Of a DNA stretch of 64,000 bases, positions 1 through 15,096 are shown piece by piece (the first letter of the stretch is position 1; each line of letters opens with the position of its first letter). The notes under the pieces were generated by a model. It was not told the origin of the DNA and searched no databases. It saw only the letters and a list, made by a program, of their open reading frames with translations. The translations under genes and the position numbers were made by a program. The DNA comes from Enoplolaimus lenunculus. Its lineage: Eukaryota. The stretch covers positions 310,001 to 374,000 of the forward strand of contig JASANG010002067.1 in the NCBI GenBank assembly GCA_030248215.1. The letters run 5' to 3'.

Positions 1-600
1 ATATATCTAATTTCTTTTACTGTGGCCTTTTCTTATTCAGTAGGTAAAGTTTTAAACAGAATTTAGCATGCAACGGACCACAAAAATTCGATGAACGATA
101 AAATCTTTATATATTGAGTCTGCCAAAAAATATAGCTTAAGTACTTTTGAGATGAAAATTGCAAAACAAGGAGAAATTCATTTTTAAGTTTAACAACCAG
201 CTAATGATGCTGACCCCTTAGATTTTTAAACTTATGGTGTAAAGTTTTTGGCCTTTACGAGAGGAAAAGCGCCACGTTCTGGGCATGCGTGCCAATTGGC
301 CATCACACTCGCAACAACTGATGCAATACCAATACAGCTGCATCAAGTGTGTGTACCCTTTTTAGATGAACAGTACACGTAAGTTGACTTAAGTGAGCGA
401 TCATCATAGAATCAGCCCAACTCAATTGAATGCACGCTTAACAAATATTTCAGCTCTTTTAAACAACAAAACTCCAAGGCGCAACCAAGCGAATAACTAC
501 TTTTCAGCAAAAATTGTGCAACTTATAGCAGGCGTCTACGGCGAAAGGAGTGCCGTCTTTGTGCACTACGGCTGCAAAACGTTCAGCGCCGACTGACACT

Positions 601-915
601 AAGCTACAGATGGGTACCCTGATTCTGTCCCGCTTTATGGGACCCCACGGGACACTTTTTCCTATTGCAATCATCTGTTTTGGAAGCCAGATAACAATTT
701 GCAAGATATATTTCGTTTACGAAAGGTGTTATCAACATATTGACTTCGGATATATAAAGGTAAGCTATAGACGGTTACCCTGTTTTTTCCCGCTCCATGG
801 GACCCCACGGGACACTTTTTCCTATGGTAATAATCGGTTTTGAAAGCCAGCTTACCATTTGCAAGATATATTTCGTTTACGAAAGGTGTTATCAACATAT
901 TGACTGCGGATATAT
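601..915. repeat. Tandem duplication, ~160-bp unit x2
   Basis: aagcta...atgggaccccacgggacactttttcctat...gaaaggtgttatcaacatattgact is repeated; GACCCCACGG occurs at 641 and 801. Confidence 0.9.
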
Positions 916-3900
916 GAGGATTGAAAAGTTATTTGAAATATTAATACCTAGTAAATCATTTTAGAAAGAGCGATAATGCGCTGTTTTGTTTTGAAACTTT
1001 CAACTGTCGAAATGAATTTCACGAAAATAATATATCATATCCAATCAAATCATTTAAACCGATGTAAACACGGTATTCTGAGTAATTAATTCAACAAATA
1101 TTGTACAGGTTTAAATTGAAACGTGAAAACAGTTTTACGAAGTGATGCCTACAGGGTACAGAATAACAAGAATGTATGAACATATATAAACCGATTATTA
1201 ATTATTGAACTTTCGGTAGAAATCGTTCAAAAGACTTCATATGTGAGTGCAATGTTTAGCAGTAAACACCGGCACCGCTATAAAGATACGGTCTGTGGAA
1301 TTACATACCATAATTTTTGGCAAGGGGTTTTGAAGTTTTACGTGGTTTACCATGGATTGCAAAAATTGTGCCCAAATACATGAAACACATAAAAACGAAG
1401 CACTTTTCAGGCTCACCCCGAGTATCAAATGTGCATAAGGCGGTTAAATCAACAGCTACAAACCCCTATAGTCTCAAGGGTAAGCGAAAAAATAATGCAA
1501 GGTGGTGCATGTTCATGTGCGCTAAAGTTTGTAAATTGTACATCCTTGTAGAACAGTCAATATCGACTCTTGATATAACTAGTATTTATGATGCAAAATA
1601 TTTTACTGGGGCACATTTCGTTCCAAAATCAGGTCTCAGAACCTGTGACCGCGGATGCATGTTACAGCAACCTTCTATTTGAACTGTTACACAGTGCATG
1701 TGTTACCTAGGAAATGCACCACACATTTTGGTTGTGTTGTACTTTAAAACGTCAAACTTAATACTATGCTTAAAGCCAGAACTTAAAACTGTTTACTTAG
1801 ATCAATTTTAACCTCAGTTGAAATTTTACGCAAATCGAAATTACAAAGCTACCATTTTTAAAGGAACTAACCGCAATTCAAGCTAATACAGTTTCGCCAG
1901 CCAAGAAAAAAATTACTCGTTTCTTATAGCAACAAAATATTACAATTGAGTCGGTTATTTTACAGCTCATTTCTTTCATTGAATGGAGGAAACATTCATA
2001 ATAAATTTCCGCTGTACGCTTGCAATTAAACGATTTACCATACATAGTCTCAGCGCAGTGGTATGAACCTGATTGGCAAAGGTGCCGCGGAACCTGGCAG
2101 AATATTGGGCAGGGGTGTGCAAGTGAGGCTCTGGGATAAAACATATATAAAATTGCTTGAATAGAAAGAAGTCGCAATGCAGCATGACTACTGCTCATAC
2201 CCGCCAGCGCGCAAGATACGTTCGAACATTGTTTGTAACAGAAACTCATGCTAGCGGCAATAGCATAACGGTCAAAAATTCGTGAATCTCATATTTGTTG
2301 AAGTGTTTTACGCCTAATGTTTTCATTCAATCTGTTTTATATAAAATTTTGATAAAATATTTGCTCTGAAACTGTTTTCTCGGCGTTGTAAAATAATTTT
2401 GAAGACCAATTTTCAACTCGTACTTCGACCAGTGCAAAAATTTGCCGTGGAAGAATGACGATTAACAAAATTTACTATTTTAGATTCTTGTCGTGTATTC
2501 ATGCCAAAATGACTTAATTTTCATATAAAATAACTCCGGGTTTTATTGAAAGTTTGACATTTATATATACTTTGTATAAAAAATGTAATAAAAGGTAAAA
2601 GCAGGTGCAAAAATCTACAACATTGCAAACAGGCCTCATGAGTTCGAGAAATTTTGCTCTATAAATTAAGCACTGGCTGTAACTGCATATGTAAGCCTGA
2701 TGAAACGTAAGCCTAAATCTAAGCGTTAGCCTAATACTATAGTTTACTTAAGACTCATTGTTCCAAGAATTGTGCACTCGGTTTGACGCAACAGAATTCG
2801 TACAGCAACCCATATGAAACCAATACTTTAGGCTCAACATCCGTTCAAAACCCGTCGTTTACTTAAACTAAACATGTCTTTTACTCAGCAGTAACCAACA
2901 CTCGCATAGGTGAAGCAATTTAAAAACAAATATTAGGTACTTAAAAGCGTCGAGTAGCAGGTTTCTGTGAGCTCGTTCTTAATTTCTAAAATATTAAAAA
3001 ATAGAAAACACTACATCCAACCAGAGCCCGCTGGGACATTGTCTGATTATAAGAGAATAAATATGGCTATAATTTAAAATTGTAAGAGTGTCGATGACAA
3101 CAATTTTGCGCGATGGTTCAGTAAAACATGAAGCTCGAACGAGAGCCTAACCGTGGTGCCCGGGTAACTGTTACTGTTTTGATAAATATGAAACGTGTTT
3201 CACATCGTACAAATGCAGCGGCTAACTTTGCAAAATTCTTGTGAAAGATTCGGCTAATGTGTTGGAATTAATACGATTCAGCCGTAGGTTCGTCTTCGGT
3301 TTCGTTTTCGGCAGAAAATGGACATCCAACTCTGTAATTTTATCATACCCAAAACCTGGCAAAAGGAGAAACGCGAGAGTAGCTGAACGTCAACGAACAG
3401 CGTCGCCCTCCATGGACACTTTTTTCAACCGCATGAATAAATTAAAAAATTCCTGGTTGCGGGACTGATTTATACTCGGTTTTCGGTTCCAGCTCACGAT
3501 TTCCCACCACCGCTTGCACTCAACGTATTAAAGCAGCAGTTTTACAGTTATCTATCGCGAGAATCTAACCGAACCGAATGTTCTATGGTCAAACTTTCTG
3601 TATTAAGTCATGTTATTCAAGTGTTGGTGTAACTCAGGTTTGCATCAAATTCAATTTTATTACACATCAAGTATATATAACGCACGCATAGTGAACGGGA
3701 ACAATTTTTGCAGATCTATTTTAATATGATTCCTTTTATATATTTTCGCGTATACATTCCCAGTTTTGTATCCGTGTTACTAAGATTCGGTAAATTATCA
3801 TGTGATATGGTGCTATGGCAGGATAATTTAGGCTCAAATTGTTGTCGCTATATTTTTTCATACAGCGCAATCCGCCTTGCTCTGTGGTGCCATCCTTCGT

Positions 3901-6900
3901 CGTAAGACAGCTGTCATATGATGCGGAGCGGCACCGGAAAGCGTCGGACCACAGCAGACGGCATTAAAGGATTAAAAAAGCATAGCACCAACCGAAGTAG
4001 TTTGCATTGCGGACTCACTTAGTCCACATCATTGAGACAACAGGTAAATATGGCATAGAAAATTGAATTTCATAGAAGTTGGTGGGGCATACAGCCTATG
4101 CCTAAACAAAAAACTAGTCTAAACGTAAGCTTGTTGTAATACAGTCTTGCAGAAAAACGTTCCACCCCTTATCTTTACATGGGCCACCTTAGTATAAGTC
4201 TAAGAATAAGCAAAAAATAAGCCTAAAGCTAAATCTTACTCTAATGGAGTCCCGCAGAAAAACGTTCCGCCCATAATCTTTACATGGGCCAGAAACCAAG
4301 ACATTTTTATTCTATGGATTTCACCGTTTGAAATAAATTCACCAATCCACTTATAGTTTTCAATCTGTGCAATTCGCTTGATTAATAACTAGACAGCGGT
4401 GTTCTGTTTGAAGTTGTCCCGTCAATATTATAAAATGCAACCCGTAGTAAACCAAAACCAAACACATAGACCAGAGTACAAGTTTTAAAATAAGCGTTGG
4501 TCTGTTTTCATTCTTTGCTCCAACAACTTGCATTTGCTATCGGCGGAGGCGATGGGGCGCTAGCATCAGTATAAGAAAATTTTTCAACAAAATGATAAAG
4601 TCCTAAAACCATAGTAAATTTTAGTTTCATGAAACCTAAAGCTATAATACCGTTTTGTTTCTCGCTTGTTTCGCAGGCGAGGATTTTTCAATATACCCCG
4701 ACTCCATTAGCAAAAATTTCTGACTCCTCAACTGCTCGCTGTCTAAATTAATTCCTAACTTTGGCCAAATATGCAAAGGAAACATTGTCTTAGACATGTC
4801 ACGGCATATATACATATTCATGTCTTTAGTTTGATTTGGGTTTTACTCGATGTGCCGTGTGAAGAACTCTGACATCAAACAACATGTCGGTGTCTGATCA
4901 GTGTTCATTTCGAGTTTTTTTGGTCAAAATTTCCATGCAAGGGTAAAAGCGTCATGCAAACAGGCAAATAGCCAGATTACCTTGCTGGGAGGAGGGGTTA
5001 AAATATTTTCAGTAGGGGCAGACAAGGGTCTTCGTTGACTAACAAGCAAGCTTGAAAATTTTATGGGGGAATTCATCTTTGGAGACTGAGCCTTCTGCCA
5101 ACCAGGATACGTTTCCGCATGCAAAAGTAATTTTTTAACTTCTTAGATTCAGGAGGTTATTATAAAAGCCTCTTAGAGTGTGTTTCTTTATCACTCCATA
5201 ATTGTCAGCAGAGACACAATCTGTCTATCCCTTCCCGTTACACACGCCTTTGACAGAGCACAAAGAAATTGGATTTGCAGTTTTGCATATAAAATGTCAA
5301 AGTAGTGCTTTGTACAATCCTAGTGCTATTAACCAGTTGGTTTTAGTATGTGTAGCAACAACTTGGCGTCACTGTCACAAAGCGCTCAGTTTCTTTTAAC
5401 GTTGTTTTGCATTTTGGACAAGAAAGAAATTGAAATATAGCACATTTAGTCTGACTAAAATTTAAATACAATCACACAAATTTGGCGCGCAAAACTGAGA
5501 CTGACATAACACTGAAAATTGGCTAATTACCGGCTTATTCATTGTCAATTTAAGATTGTATGCATACAAGAAACGTTAAAACAGCACATTTCCTGCGTAG
5601 TTTGACTATAGGGTCAGGCTTCATTTAGTTTTGCAAACAATGCCTAGTCACAAAAGTCGATTGAAAACGGTTCTTTTGGCCAAGTGAAATGCGAATGGAG
5701 TCTGATTTTGGTGATATATAAAGAGACAATAATTTCAATTGTCTGGCGTTCCGGAGTGCGGTAGTTGGCAAATAAATAAAATGTGCACAAATATATATTA
5801 GCTAAATCGTGAGCAGAAATTGTATTGCAAACTCTAAGAAAATCATTAAACAAATAAAGTGAGCATCAGTTCTTTAGTATTTCATAGTCTCGGACACAAT
5901 ATTTCCCCACGGTTTTTCCAAATAGAACGTTTCATTTGGATCCAAAGCTTTTTGGCTTTAATAAATGTTTTAAAATTTCAATGACGTTTCCTCAATTATA
6001 TACACCCTCTTCAAACACGGGGTAGGCCAGCAACTTAACATGCGCTGGGTACTTCGTTTTGTACACAGAATGTAACTCGGTTGTACACGCTTGTGTAATA
6101 GAGTAAATATTAAACTGTTGGTTTCATTAATAAAAAATTCACACGTATTGATTGAAAATTTTAAAACTTCTGGCAAACAGACAACGATTCCTATATTTTC
6201 CTACGAAAGAAGCCAATAGCTTCGCTGAACTGCGATACTGCGACGAACCAAAACGCAATCTCAATCCGATAGTATAACTTCAACAATGTTTTGCGTCATA
6301 CAGTGCACACTAAACGCACTAGACATGTAAAAAATGTTAAATCTATAAGGCTTCTTTAATTAATATAAACGGTATATATTTGATTTTGCTATTTGAGACT
6401 TCAACTTCGAGTTCAAATTCAACAGTTTAAAATAACCATTAATTTCAAAAATTGTTTACAAACTAAAATCGTTATGTCAATGTGAAAATATAACAAGTAA
6501 AGCCGTTCAGGACTTAACACAATACTGTTAAAGCAAAGCGATAACACAGCAGCAATATTTGATAGAATTAGGTTCAACTATTAATACTGATTTTTTCTAT
6601 AACTGTACTGGCCAGTGACAAGAACCAAAAATCGATATCCGTTATAAATGGTATCAATTAGATTGAAATACTCACAACTGCAATTTTTTTTCACGACCAA
6701 TATCTATTAACATTCATGGAAATTCAAAGGTTACGAGGAATTTTGTAAAATACCAGTAGCAAAGAAGTAGATTTGATAACTATTAAGCCGACCACATGAA
6801 TCTGATTTTTGATACCACAAAATAGCGAAACAAGTATACTTCTCAAAAAATTCATTTGCATTTATATTGAAAACATAACTTGAGAGCGAGTTGATATTTC

Positions 6901-7301
6901 GAAAATTATATATTTCGGGTTGATATATTAACGAAACGAGCACTATAACTTCTTTGCTGAATTTGGCGACGCGATTGAATATGGTTGACAGAATACTACA
7001 TGGTTAGTGAAAGACACTAATAGCATGGCTTTAACTCAATCGTCCACGCAATTCTTGCTTGAACCGATACTGGAGAGTTGATGATGACACTTTAAACGAT
7101 AGTATACACAACTAAGCTGTTTTCGCATGGCACTGAAAGTACCTGTATTTGGTGCGCATTTGATATACAACAACATACAATTTGGTGAAGGACGATGTTG
7201 CTTTTTAGTGCATCTTTTTATAAATGAAAGAAACGGTTACTTCCTTAGAATATAAACGCATTAATATTTTTCACTTGAACATTAGTAGGTATAATCATGG
7301 T

Positions 7302-7454
7302 GGCCCATGTTACTTTAATGAGCGTCCAGGTTTCTGGTGGGTCTATAAAAGAGTATAGGTTTAGATTCTAGATAACATTTTTTATGTTTAGGCTTAGGCT
7401 TAGGCTTAGGCTTACATTTAATCTACTGTTACACCCCTAAAAGTAACATTGGCC
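7302..7454 (+). mobile_element. Merlin-like MITE with internal (TTAGGC)n array
   Basis: TIR GGCCCATGTTACTTT / AAAGTAACATTGGCC; 8-bp TSD ATCATGGT/ATTATGGT; (TTAGGC)4 inside. The superfamily is inferred from GG termini plus an 8-bp TSD. Confidence 0.75.
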
Positions 7455-7859
7455 ATTATGGTTTACTAAAAACTTATATTTCCCATAAACTGGATGCGGG
7501 GATGCCAAAAAGGCAACGCGAGCTAGATGGAGCATTCTTTTTTACACGGAATGCACCTAAACAATTGTATACTCTTTATTATAAAGTCCGCTCTTTATTT
7601 AACGCAACTTAACGAAACTCTTTTTTTCTAAGTAAGAGTGAATACCTAAGCCTTATTGATTAACAAGAATCACATGACTGTCGCCGATATTTGAAATCAC
7701 TATGCATACATTGCACAAAACAGCGAGTGAAGTTATTTGCTAAGTTAGGCAATTCAAAGCAGAGTCATTAACATTTTACTCGTGGGTAAGTTAGAAAAAG
7801 TATTTCTGTTTGGGCGCGTTATTTTGTGGTTTGTACCCTCAAGCAACCACAGCGTTCAT

Positions 7860-10371
7860 TTATTGTTGAAATAGCAAATACTGCGTCATAACACCCGTAA
7901 GCGGAAGCCTTGCTACTGTGTTTGCCCTAATAGGTTTCGGCAACACACGCCGCACTACAATTCTTGCTGCATGCTGCAATGACAAAGGATTAACTGCACG
8001 GTCGTGCAATTCCATTCTCGCTGTTAGCGGCAACGGTGGCGACAGACGCTCTATAGCAGCGCGAGCATAGCGTTCACAAGCATCAAGCAACAACAACCAT
8101 AGCCGACGGTCTGCCATACCTGCAACTCCTTGTAGTACCCTAAGCAACCCTCGTGGCGAATCAAACGGGCTAACAAGTTCAACATAAGCTCCTGCGGCAA
8201 TTAGTGAATGCACAACGCTAAATTGTGGCAGATGTTCTTCGTTGATGACATGTTGCTGGTCAACAGAGCCTGATGGAGGTACTCGACAACGGAAATATTC
8301 GACCAGAGGGGCTTTGAGTACAGAAGCGTCGTCAAACTGAGGGCACAAGTTTGGATCCGCACCAGCGGCAAGTAATAACGCGACGGTTTGATCTGAATGA
8401 AGCAAGTCTATAGAACAGCATGCTAGATGGAGCGGAGCGCCTACGTACGATGTAACTGCGTTAGGGTTAGCCCCGGATTGCAGTAGCAATTTGATGATCG
8501 GAACACTGTCTCGTAATACGGCCACGTCCAGCGGCCCTGGTTTACAGTAGCCAGCTGGCATATCAACTCGGGCTCCGCTATCAAGGAGTGCTTCAACTAG
8601 CTGGACATTTCCAGCTAATATTGCATAATGTAACGCTGTACGGCAATCTTGTCGCGAAGATGCAATTGTATTTGCGACTGCTCCAGCTCTCAAGAGTAAC
8701 ATCGCCGAATCAAATCCGTTTCTATGTCGGCAGCATTTCATTAATGGGGTAAGTCCCTCACGATCAATAGTGTTCACGTTAGCGCCGTAAGAAATTAACA
8801 ACTGAAAAAATTTAGAATGAGCTGGCGAAATTTGACTCAATTCTGATCCGCGAAAATATGTCGCGTTTGGGTCTGCTCCAGCTCGCAGCAACGCTTCGGC
8901 GACTTCATAGTGTCCGCCCCGTATTGCAAGTCGCAAGGGCTCTTCGCTGCGGTATCCCTGCGGGAAAGAAGACTCTGGCCAACGAGAGAAGCACACCCGC
9001 GCCCCAGCGTCCAAAAGTGTATTCACCGCTGGTAGATTTCCAGCTTCAGCAGCTAAATGTAACGCAGTATAGCCGACATCGTCAAATGCGTTTAAGTCAT
9101 CATTTTCATAGTCAGGTCTATTCGAGTATTCAAATTGCGCACCACGATTAGCTTTTGCACGAACAGCAAGCATGCGAACACAATCGATGTTGTTGCTGTG
9201 TACTGCGTAGTGCAAAGGTCGCAAACCTTGTACTACGCAGCCGGTAGGCTGAAATATATTTATAAGGCATTAGACCCGTACCGAGCTCAACATTGCCAGC
9301 GCTAAAAATTTTCAGTAAGGGGATCCACGCATTTCACATGACTCATTAGAAAAGTTGATACTTTTCTAGGGGAAATATAGTTTTAAAGGAGGCTCAGCAA
9401 CCTATTACCTTTTGGTTGATGAGTACAAAATGAGAACAACATATTTTCGGCCTTAAATGCTTATAGCAATCACGGTTGTATGCTTTATTTCAAACGTAAA
9501 AGTATGAAGTAGCTTGCTAACGTCATTCTTTAACAATTGGCAAATAATATACTGCATGTTGATTCGACACATGTATTGCAATCAAATACACAGGATCCAG
9601 GGAAACGAGGAGGTGTATCACCCACCGACTCTGTCGTGTCGAAATTTTTCCAATGCAAAAATGGTTCGTCTGAAGGTGAAACTGTAAGCTAAATACTGTA
9701 GTGATCCTAATAAGAGGGCGGTAATAAGACGGGGTCTCTATTTTCAGTATCAATCCATAAAAGTCAGTAACCATGGCTCCAGGACCAACAAAAGCTGAGT
9801 TCAAAATTTAAAGCATACTTAAGTTCGGAAAGTACATTTTTAATATATTGCATTATGGTTCAAGTTTTTGATACAAGACAAACGTTTAGTTTTAATTGCA
9901 AGACCGGAGATATATAAGTAACGACGGGCGTCGGAGGCGGGTAAAAAATAACTAAGAGTCCGTAACCGAATAACGGGGGGTGCGTTCTGGAGAGGCCAAA
10001 TAAATATCAGTCCTCCCTCTTATTTGGGTTACTACAGTAGATGAAAAATATGGCGTGGTTGCTACACGGATGCTATAATTTTGTGGCTTCGTCGCAATTG
10101 GTCAACATTACAATATCGAAAAAATTTCTAAAAACGCTCTCTACAACTGTAACATTTCGTATCACAAAAAGTATTCTTTAACACTAGAACGTCCTGGATC
10201 CGCAACTGCAAAAATATATACGTTTGCTCCACACGCAAGAAGAATGCGTATTTCGTCCATCGATGCATGTGATGTGATTTTGTCCGCAAGTTCGCGTTGT
10301 GTTATATCTCCCACATAGCATTCAGCATCTTCTGCGCTTATTTCGTTGACTTCACTGTTGTAAGAACTCAT
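7860..10371 (-). CDS. Ankyrin repeat and SOCS box protein (ASB-like), 2 exons: 10371-10222, 9248-7860 (~512 aa)
   Basis: Multiple ankyrin motifs (GLRPLHYA, GYTALHLAA, GLTPLMKC, RTALHYAI) and a C-terminal SOCS box PLSLQHAARIVVRR...LPLTGVMTQYL. A phase-0 GT..TTTCAG intron joins CGAN|PTGCVVQG in frame. Confidence 0.9.
9696..10037 (+). mobile_element. MITE family A (TIR CTGTAGTGACCCGAATAAG, TA-flanked; Tc1/mariner-type), intronic copy
   Basis: TA|CTGTAGTGATCCTAATAAGAGGG ... CCCTCTTATTTGGGTTACTACAG|TA; internal sequence shared with five other copies in the window. Confidence 0.85.
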
Positions 10372-10571
10372 ACTGTTAGCGCTTTAATATGCGTTAAAGA
10401 TTCAAAAGTTGAAAACAAAGTACTTATGAATCGTATAAAAAGCGCAAACCGCTTTTCGCGTTTTGTAAATAAGCGTTCATGTTGATGCTAAAATAGTGTA
10501 CAACTGTTAGAAATCAAAGTTAAATAGCGCTTTTCTACACATGTGCTCCATTTTAGAGTTTTAATTTAATA

Positions 10572-10983
10572 CTGTAGTGACCCAAATAAGTAGGGGGTAA
10601 TAAGGGGGGAGGGAGCTCTCCATTTTGAGTGTCAATCAATCGGAGTCCGTATCCTTAATGAGAGTGCGTAAGCGGATAGAGTCGCTAAAACCCTAATCAG
10701 AGTCCATAATGTCAATAATCCCTAATTGTAGTGCATGAATGACTACAGGACCAAATAAAGTTGAGATAGAAACTGTAAACCATACTTAAGTTTTGAAAGT
10801 ACATTCCTAAGTATAACCTTGCATAAATCGCTCAAGTTTTTGATACAAGAAAAATAAATGTGTATTTAACGGACAGTTTCAATACCGGATATATCAGTAA
10901 CGAAGGGCGCCGGAGGGCGGGTTAAACAGGGTCGGGTGATGCCAAATAAATATTAGTCCCCGCTCTTATTAGAGTCACTACAG
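10572..10983 (+). mobile_element. MITE family A copy
   Basis: Same TIRs, TA flanks and internal sequence as 9696-10037. Confidence 0.85.
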
Positions 10984-12428
10984 TACATGAGAAAATGGTG
11001 GATTGTAAACCATGCAAATATTGCGCGCGGTAAAACTTTGGGTTTTTAGTTGCTACAGAACGTCAAATCGTGTAAAACGATTTATCGACGTTTTGGCTAA
11101 TAAAAGGTTCTCACGCCTCGTTCGTGTAAATGGGTTTATTTGGTGAAGCTAATGAAGACACTCCGAACTGTTCAAATTTCTTTAATTTAACAATTTATCG
11201 TTTTCAAAAGAAAACAAACTCATTTGCTTAGAGAAATGGGCGTCAACCTGTGGAAAAGTCGCAACCCTGAGACTTAAACCATCGATCATCCATTTTACCA
11301 AAATGAAAACTGTCTTTTCGAATGACATATCTGGCATACCTGTTTAACCTGGTGGCCGTTTGGTAAAGTAAATTATCTGGGATACAGTCGCAAGCTTATT
11401 GCCAGTTAATTGTCTGGTATAAAAACATCTGCGCTCTTGTACAGTTCCCATCACAGTTTTCGAAGTGTTCAGATTTTGGCGTAACTTAGGCGTAGGATCA
11501 CGCTTGCGCGATAATCGGGCCCATGTATAGATCAAGGGCGGAGAGTTTTTCTTTGGGACTAGAATAGAGTAAGCTTAAGCTGTAGATTAATTTTTTGCTT
11601 TTATGCTTCTCATTTAAGCAAAAAAGTTGTAATTTTGCTTAAAAAACACAAAAATTTACCTAGAATCAAATCCTGAAAACCGTTGGATCTGATATATATT
11701 TAAAACACGAAAATCAGCCTTCATGTATATAAAAAGCAGGACAAGGAAAACCTATAGCTAACAAAACAATTACAAAAGCCGTTTTTATAGTGATGCAATT
11801 AAAAAAGTTTTACAAAATACACATTTCAATCTCGTGACTGTATTGTCGTAAACAAAACTTTGCTACAAATTTACCAAGAGGAGAAAGAGCTTGTAGCCCT
11901 TGAACATTGTAGCAAAGGCAGTGAAAGCAAAAGCAGCAGACAAAGAATACAAAACACATTTTAAACATATTGCACCGACTGCGAATCTCATAGACTAAAA
12001 ATGTTTTTGACGAAATCAAAATATTGTTGAAATTCTAGTGAAACGTGCGCAAGTTTCTGGGCACAGCTCGTTACAATTTTTTGCACTTCAGGGCGGATAC
12101 AGAGGAGTGACTATAGCCACCTCCCCTTGAGAAAATACCTTAGTAACTACATTGATGTAAGTTTTGTTTTCTAAAGAATCAAGATTCCGAGCTAGAAAAT
12201 ACCAAAAGATATATTCAGCTTTTAAAAATCTTGATCCGCCAGCGGTTACGCTATTGAAACCGGAGGGTCAGTACAACAGAAAATGTACATATATGAAAGT
12301 CAGCGAACTAGGCAAAATGTTCCAGCATAACGTTAGCATTGTTTCGAGCAACGAAGTGCTAACACAAATTGGTACGTAACTCCCGATTATGGATGATCGC
12401 AGAACAGAGGTCAAACTTCAGTTCTTCC

Positions 12429-14363
12429 AATGCGAATCTTTAGTTTTGTAGCTTAGGTATACTAAAACTCGCTGTGATGCACGCTAAAGATACACATAAC
12501 GCGGGAAAAATAGCCAACATTCAACCAGATTTTCAAATAATGCGAATTTGCCATCATTCCTCTGGTGGAACTTGCACACATATTCAATTTTTACGACAAC
12601 CAGGTTTTAGATGAAAATTCTAACAAAAGATTGGCAGAAAAACGTTCTGGCTTTATTGGTCGGAAAAATGGTTTCTCATATTTTCCATTTTTTCCGGGGG
12701 GGGGTTGCGAAAAAAATGGGAAAATATTAATCGGTTCTTATGTATAATTTGCAGCTACATTAACAGTGACCGTGTGTTATGTCCACCAGGACACATATTT
12801 CTGAATTGAAGGGGGGCAAAAATAGGGTGCTCAAATTGTAAGCTTGCCTTTACCGTATGATTCTAGCTTCAAACTCGCTTTGCTCGCGAGGCTACAAGTT
12901 CTGACCACCGACACCAATTATTCCACGTCCTAACTTAAATTTTTAAGAAAATCGAATTTTTTAAATCCCAAATTGCCCCATTGGACTCAAATTTTTTTGT
13001 CGAAAAATTAGACAAATTATATACCCTTTAACACAGGTTGCAGAGCTAAGACGAATATTGTTAAATGTTCCCCAATCAGACGTCTGGCTAACGAGTTATT
13101 GCCAAATAACTAAACTTGAAGCCGAACTATGATCACTGGCAGCGCGCCAAATCAGTGATTTGACAACTCATCAAGCAGACCTCTGATTGCAGAAAGTTTA
13201 ACACCACTTGACTAAGCTCTGAAAACTGCGTCAAATAATAAATAATTTGTCCAGGTTTTCGAAATTTTTTGTGCCCCAAAACCTTGTGGCCTTAAAGATC
13301 GAATTTTTCAAAAATTCAGATTTGGTCAGGGGCTAATGTAAAAGAGAAAGGGACCGAACAGTATTATAAGCATATTCCTAAGCCTAAGCCTAAGCTTATT
13401 AAGCCTAAGTGTAAGAATGCTCATATTCTTAAGCCTAAGCCAAGCAAAAAATTAGCCCCACATAAAAACGTTCCGCCACTGATCTTTACATAGGTCTGGG
13501 CATTGAATGATCAAACAGGCAGGATACAACCGGAGGTCTGCCTCCGTCTCCGGCAGAAAATCGGCCTCCGGTAGAATTTTAGCCGGAGGTTACGGCAATT
13601 TCGGTAGCAAAATTTTGCATAATTTTGCAAAATTTATCTGTTTAGCACGTTTCGTTTTACTTTTGTCACAATTTTCAGGGAAGAATTTTGAAATTTTCGC
13701 AGAACATTAGCGTTAAAACCAAACAATTTAACAATGTTTTGCAGATATTGGATAAAATTAAGTAATTAACCATCATTTTTACAACCTAATTTCGTCTCAC
13801 CTCCGGCTCCAGCAAGTTTCGTTGACCTCCGGCTCGGGCTCCTTCTCCGACATTTCACCTCCATCACACCCTGCAAACCGGAGATCTCATTAGAAGCGAA
13901 AATATGTAAAAAGTTTCAAATTCCAAGCATTTTTGGACGAACACAGGCTAAGTGTGGGATAACCGATCACTTAGACAAAGAATTTTTTCCGGTCATAGTT
14001 TTTTTGCGGCCATAGTTTTTTCCGGAAAAAACAACCCTGAGAGTGAATGCTCAAGCATCGGTATACAACATGCAGCTAGATTTATATACATGCTGCTTAA
14101 TAGTTTCTGCTAATCTTATATCTATTAGGTGTTAAAAGATCTCTTAGAATTTTTATCCAAAACCTGGTTGTCGCACAAATTGAATATTGCATGTGTACAA
14201 GTTTCACCAAAAGAATGATGCCAAATTCGCACTATTTGAAAATCTGGTTGAATATTGGACAGTTTTCCCGCGTTATAGGCCCCAGTAAGCGTGCTTCACT
14301 GCGAGATTTAATACACCTAAGGGCCCGGCCCATCTAAGCAACAAAACTAAAGATCCGCATTTT
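12429..14363. repeat. Pair of ~200-bp diverged inverted repeats (~12429-12622 and ~14145-14363)
   Basis: cataacgcgggaaaa...attcaaccagattttcaaata...acaaccaggtttt is reverse-complementary to aaaacctggttgt...tatttgaaaatctggttgaat...ttttcccgcgttat. Confidence 0.75.
13520..13873 (+). mobile_element. hAT-type MITE (family B)
   Basis: CAGG...CCCTG termini; 8-bp TSD CAAACAGG/CAAACCGG; closely similar to 32586-32900. Confidence 0.85.
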
Positions 14364-15096
14364 AGGAGCCAAATCGGCATTACCTTCCGATATACTACGA
14401 CTTGAGTGGGTCCTACAGATTTGAACGGATATTTTTTTAGCTATTTATCAACCAAAATATATTTCTAGGTTTAAGCCTGCTAGCGTAATAAAAGCACATG
14501 TCTAAAACAAGGCTTATGATTAAGCCCATGCAAAAATAATTAGTCTAAAACTTATACATTCAATACGGTCCAGTGATAAAGCAGAAAATGTAGCGGATCC
14601 AAAGGCTGAGCATGCGTGTACGCTCCTGGCCACATTTTTTTGTGATAAAATGGTAAACTTTATAATTCCCAGCAGAAAACTTTTGTGATCATATCAAATG
14701 ATGAGGTTCCCACCTTACAATTTTTCCCTCAAAACTGCTTTGTTACAAAATGATAAGGTTCCTATCTTACAATTTTGCCCTCAGGAAATTTTTGGTAAAA
14801 ATAAGGTCCCTACCTAGCAGTTCTTCCAACGCAGAACATTTTTGTTGAAAAATTGCGCTCTAAAGCATTTAACAGCTCGCCCCCGTCAAAATTTCTGGAT
14901 CCTCTGCTGAATTAGGGGATTTTTTCTTGGAACATAAAACGACTCATGTATATATAGCTAAAGAAAAGTATGACATTCACTAGAATCTCTATTTACAGTT
15001 GTTTAAATCAGGCGGAGATAATAAAACCAAATCAACTCAATTTCACATGACCAACGCAAGTATTTATTAGTCAGTAGCAACCTTTTAAACCGAATA

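Noticed and set aside
1000..7300. Numerous 60-120-aa ORFs
   Set aside because: No domain-like sequence or consistent exon chain; AT-rich intergenic DNA with repeat fragments.
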